Source: Malacoraja senta (taxonomy: Eukaryota). Taken from it: a stretch of 64,000 nt of DNA. Positions 62,935-64,000 of the stretch are shown here, in pieces. The DNA lies in contig CM075991.1 in NCBI GenBank assembly GCA_038087875.1, forward strand, positions 9,488,001-9,552,000. The letters run 5' to 3'. A program made the position numbers and the translations under genes. Each line of letters opens with the position of its first letter. Positions within the stretch are counted from its first letter, which is position 1. Below the pieces are notes generated by a model, which saw only the letters and a list, made by a program, of their open reading frames with translations, did no database searches and was not told the DNA's origin.

Positions 62935-63149
62935 GCCATCAGGCTATTAAACATGACAACGAATAAGCTCTGAGCTCTGAACTGCAAAAGTATTTTATTA
63001 TTTGTTATTTGCACAATATTTGTTATTTATTGAACTTTTCCTTTTTTTTTTCTCTTCCCCCGTTACGTACTATGTTTACATATTCACATATTCTGTTGTG
63101 CTGCAGCAAGTAAGAATTTCATTGTCCCATCTGGGACATATGACAATAA
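62935..63149 (+). mobile_element. Rex1/Babar-like LINE 3' end; tail apparently displaced to about 63717-63740
   Basis: AIRLLN then ..ctgggacatatgacaataa; (CTTGA) tail appears after the intervening insert. Confidence 0.6.
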
Positions 63150-63715
63150 TTTTGATTAGTAGGACTGGATGTTACAATCCCTAAAGTTCTTCACCACAAC
63201 TGACACCCGGTATTCTTGGGGGTGACCACCGGGTGATTTTGCTACCAATCAGACACATCTTCCGTTGTGTATCTCAACGTCACTGGGTGTTTCGGCCTTT
63301 TATCACAAGATACCCTCAGTCGAGGCAGGCCCACCGCAGGGTGATCGGCCCTGGGTGTGTGTCTTATGGGTAGCCTCTAGGTGGTCAAGTGGCAGCTCAG
63401 ACACCATCTTTTCTCTTCAGCCACAGCCTTTTTTCCTTCCATCTTCCTCTCTACTGCTGACTGTGGCTGGTTGGGCTCTGGACTCGTGTCCCTTGGTGGG
63501 ACAGTACTTGGTTGAGCTTCGCCTGGGGTGCTGATACCCTGTGGACTGTGGTGGTTAACCTGCCACTGGGCTTCACTCGACTGATTTAGCCTACCTCTTA
63601 GAAGGTAATGGTCAATGCGAGGCCCCACACCAAGCTCTCCCAGGAACTTTTCCCTGCCCTGGTGGATCTTGAGACCTTTCTCTGATGTTATCTTTTCCCA
63701 GCCACAGATGCAGCT
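63150..63715 (-). mobile_element. Probable internally deleted Hero-clade (restriction-like endonuclease) non-LTR element
   Basis: CICGWEKITSEKGLKIHQGR zinc-finger-like N-terminus from 63712; out-of-frame C-terminal LWLKR at 63426-63412; structured 3'UTR. Recognised from memory of the family, not by search. Confidence 0.55.
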
Positions 63716-64000
63716 TCAATCTTGACTCTTGACTTGACTACATGGGATCTTCTATGTAGACAAGAGAATGGTGGGCGCACAGAACACGCTGCTTGGGGTG
63801 GTGGTGGAGGTCGATGCAACGGTGGCATTGAAGAGTATTTTGGAAAGGCCCGTGGATATGCAGGGAATGGAGGGATATGACACACATGCAGCAGAGGTAA
63901 TTACTTTAACGGGGCCTCATGTTTAGCACAGGCATTGTGGACTGAAGGGTCTGTTCCTGCGTTGGACTGTGTTATGCTCTATGAGTGGGCAGCGTTTAAA

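Noticed and set aside
63245..63330. Hammerhead in the Hero-like 3'UTR (CCGAAAC on minus strand)
   Set aside because: No intact CUGANGA in a compatible arrangement.

Overview
Eukaryotic, repeat-dense vertebrate DNA. The repeat content (HE1-like tRNA SINEs and their CR1/HER1-like partner LINE tails) points to a cartilaginous fish, probably a skate or ray; this is an inference. There is one supportable protein-coding gene, on the + strand: an alpha-1A-adrenergic-receptor-like GPCR with coding exons 19025-19937 and 39828-40300 (461 aa) and a 19.9 kb phase-1 GT-AG intron after TM6. It has unusual substitutions (DRN for DRY, Ser3.36, no helix-8 Cys). A CR1 LINE has inserted into its splice donor and duplicated it. 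The rest is mostly mobile DNA: tRNA SINEs, CR1 and Rex1/Babar LINE 3' fragments, PIF/Harbinger-type MITEs, a probable internally deleted Hero element and many Penelope-like element (PLE) relics. The most notable signal is that the most abundant short repeat is the terminal repeat of a PLE carrying a minimal hammerhead-ribozyme motif (CUGAAGA-A-GGGUC-UC-GACCC-GAAAC-GUC). About 25 copies are recognisable by eye. They occur as short TSD-flanked insertions and inverted doublets, and one doublet sits at the centre of a 916-bp palindromic DNA-transposon composite. Fold-back inverted duplications recur, including a perfect 280-bp inverted repeat upstream of the gene. Repeat boundaries were read by eye and are approximate.
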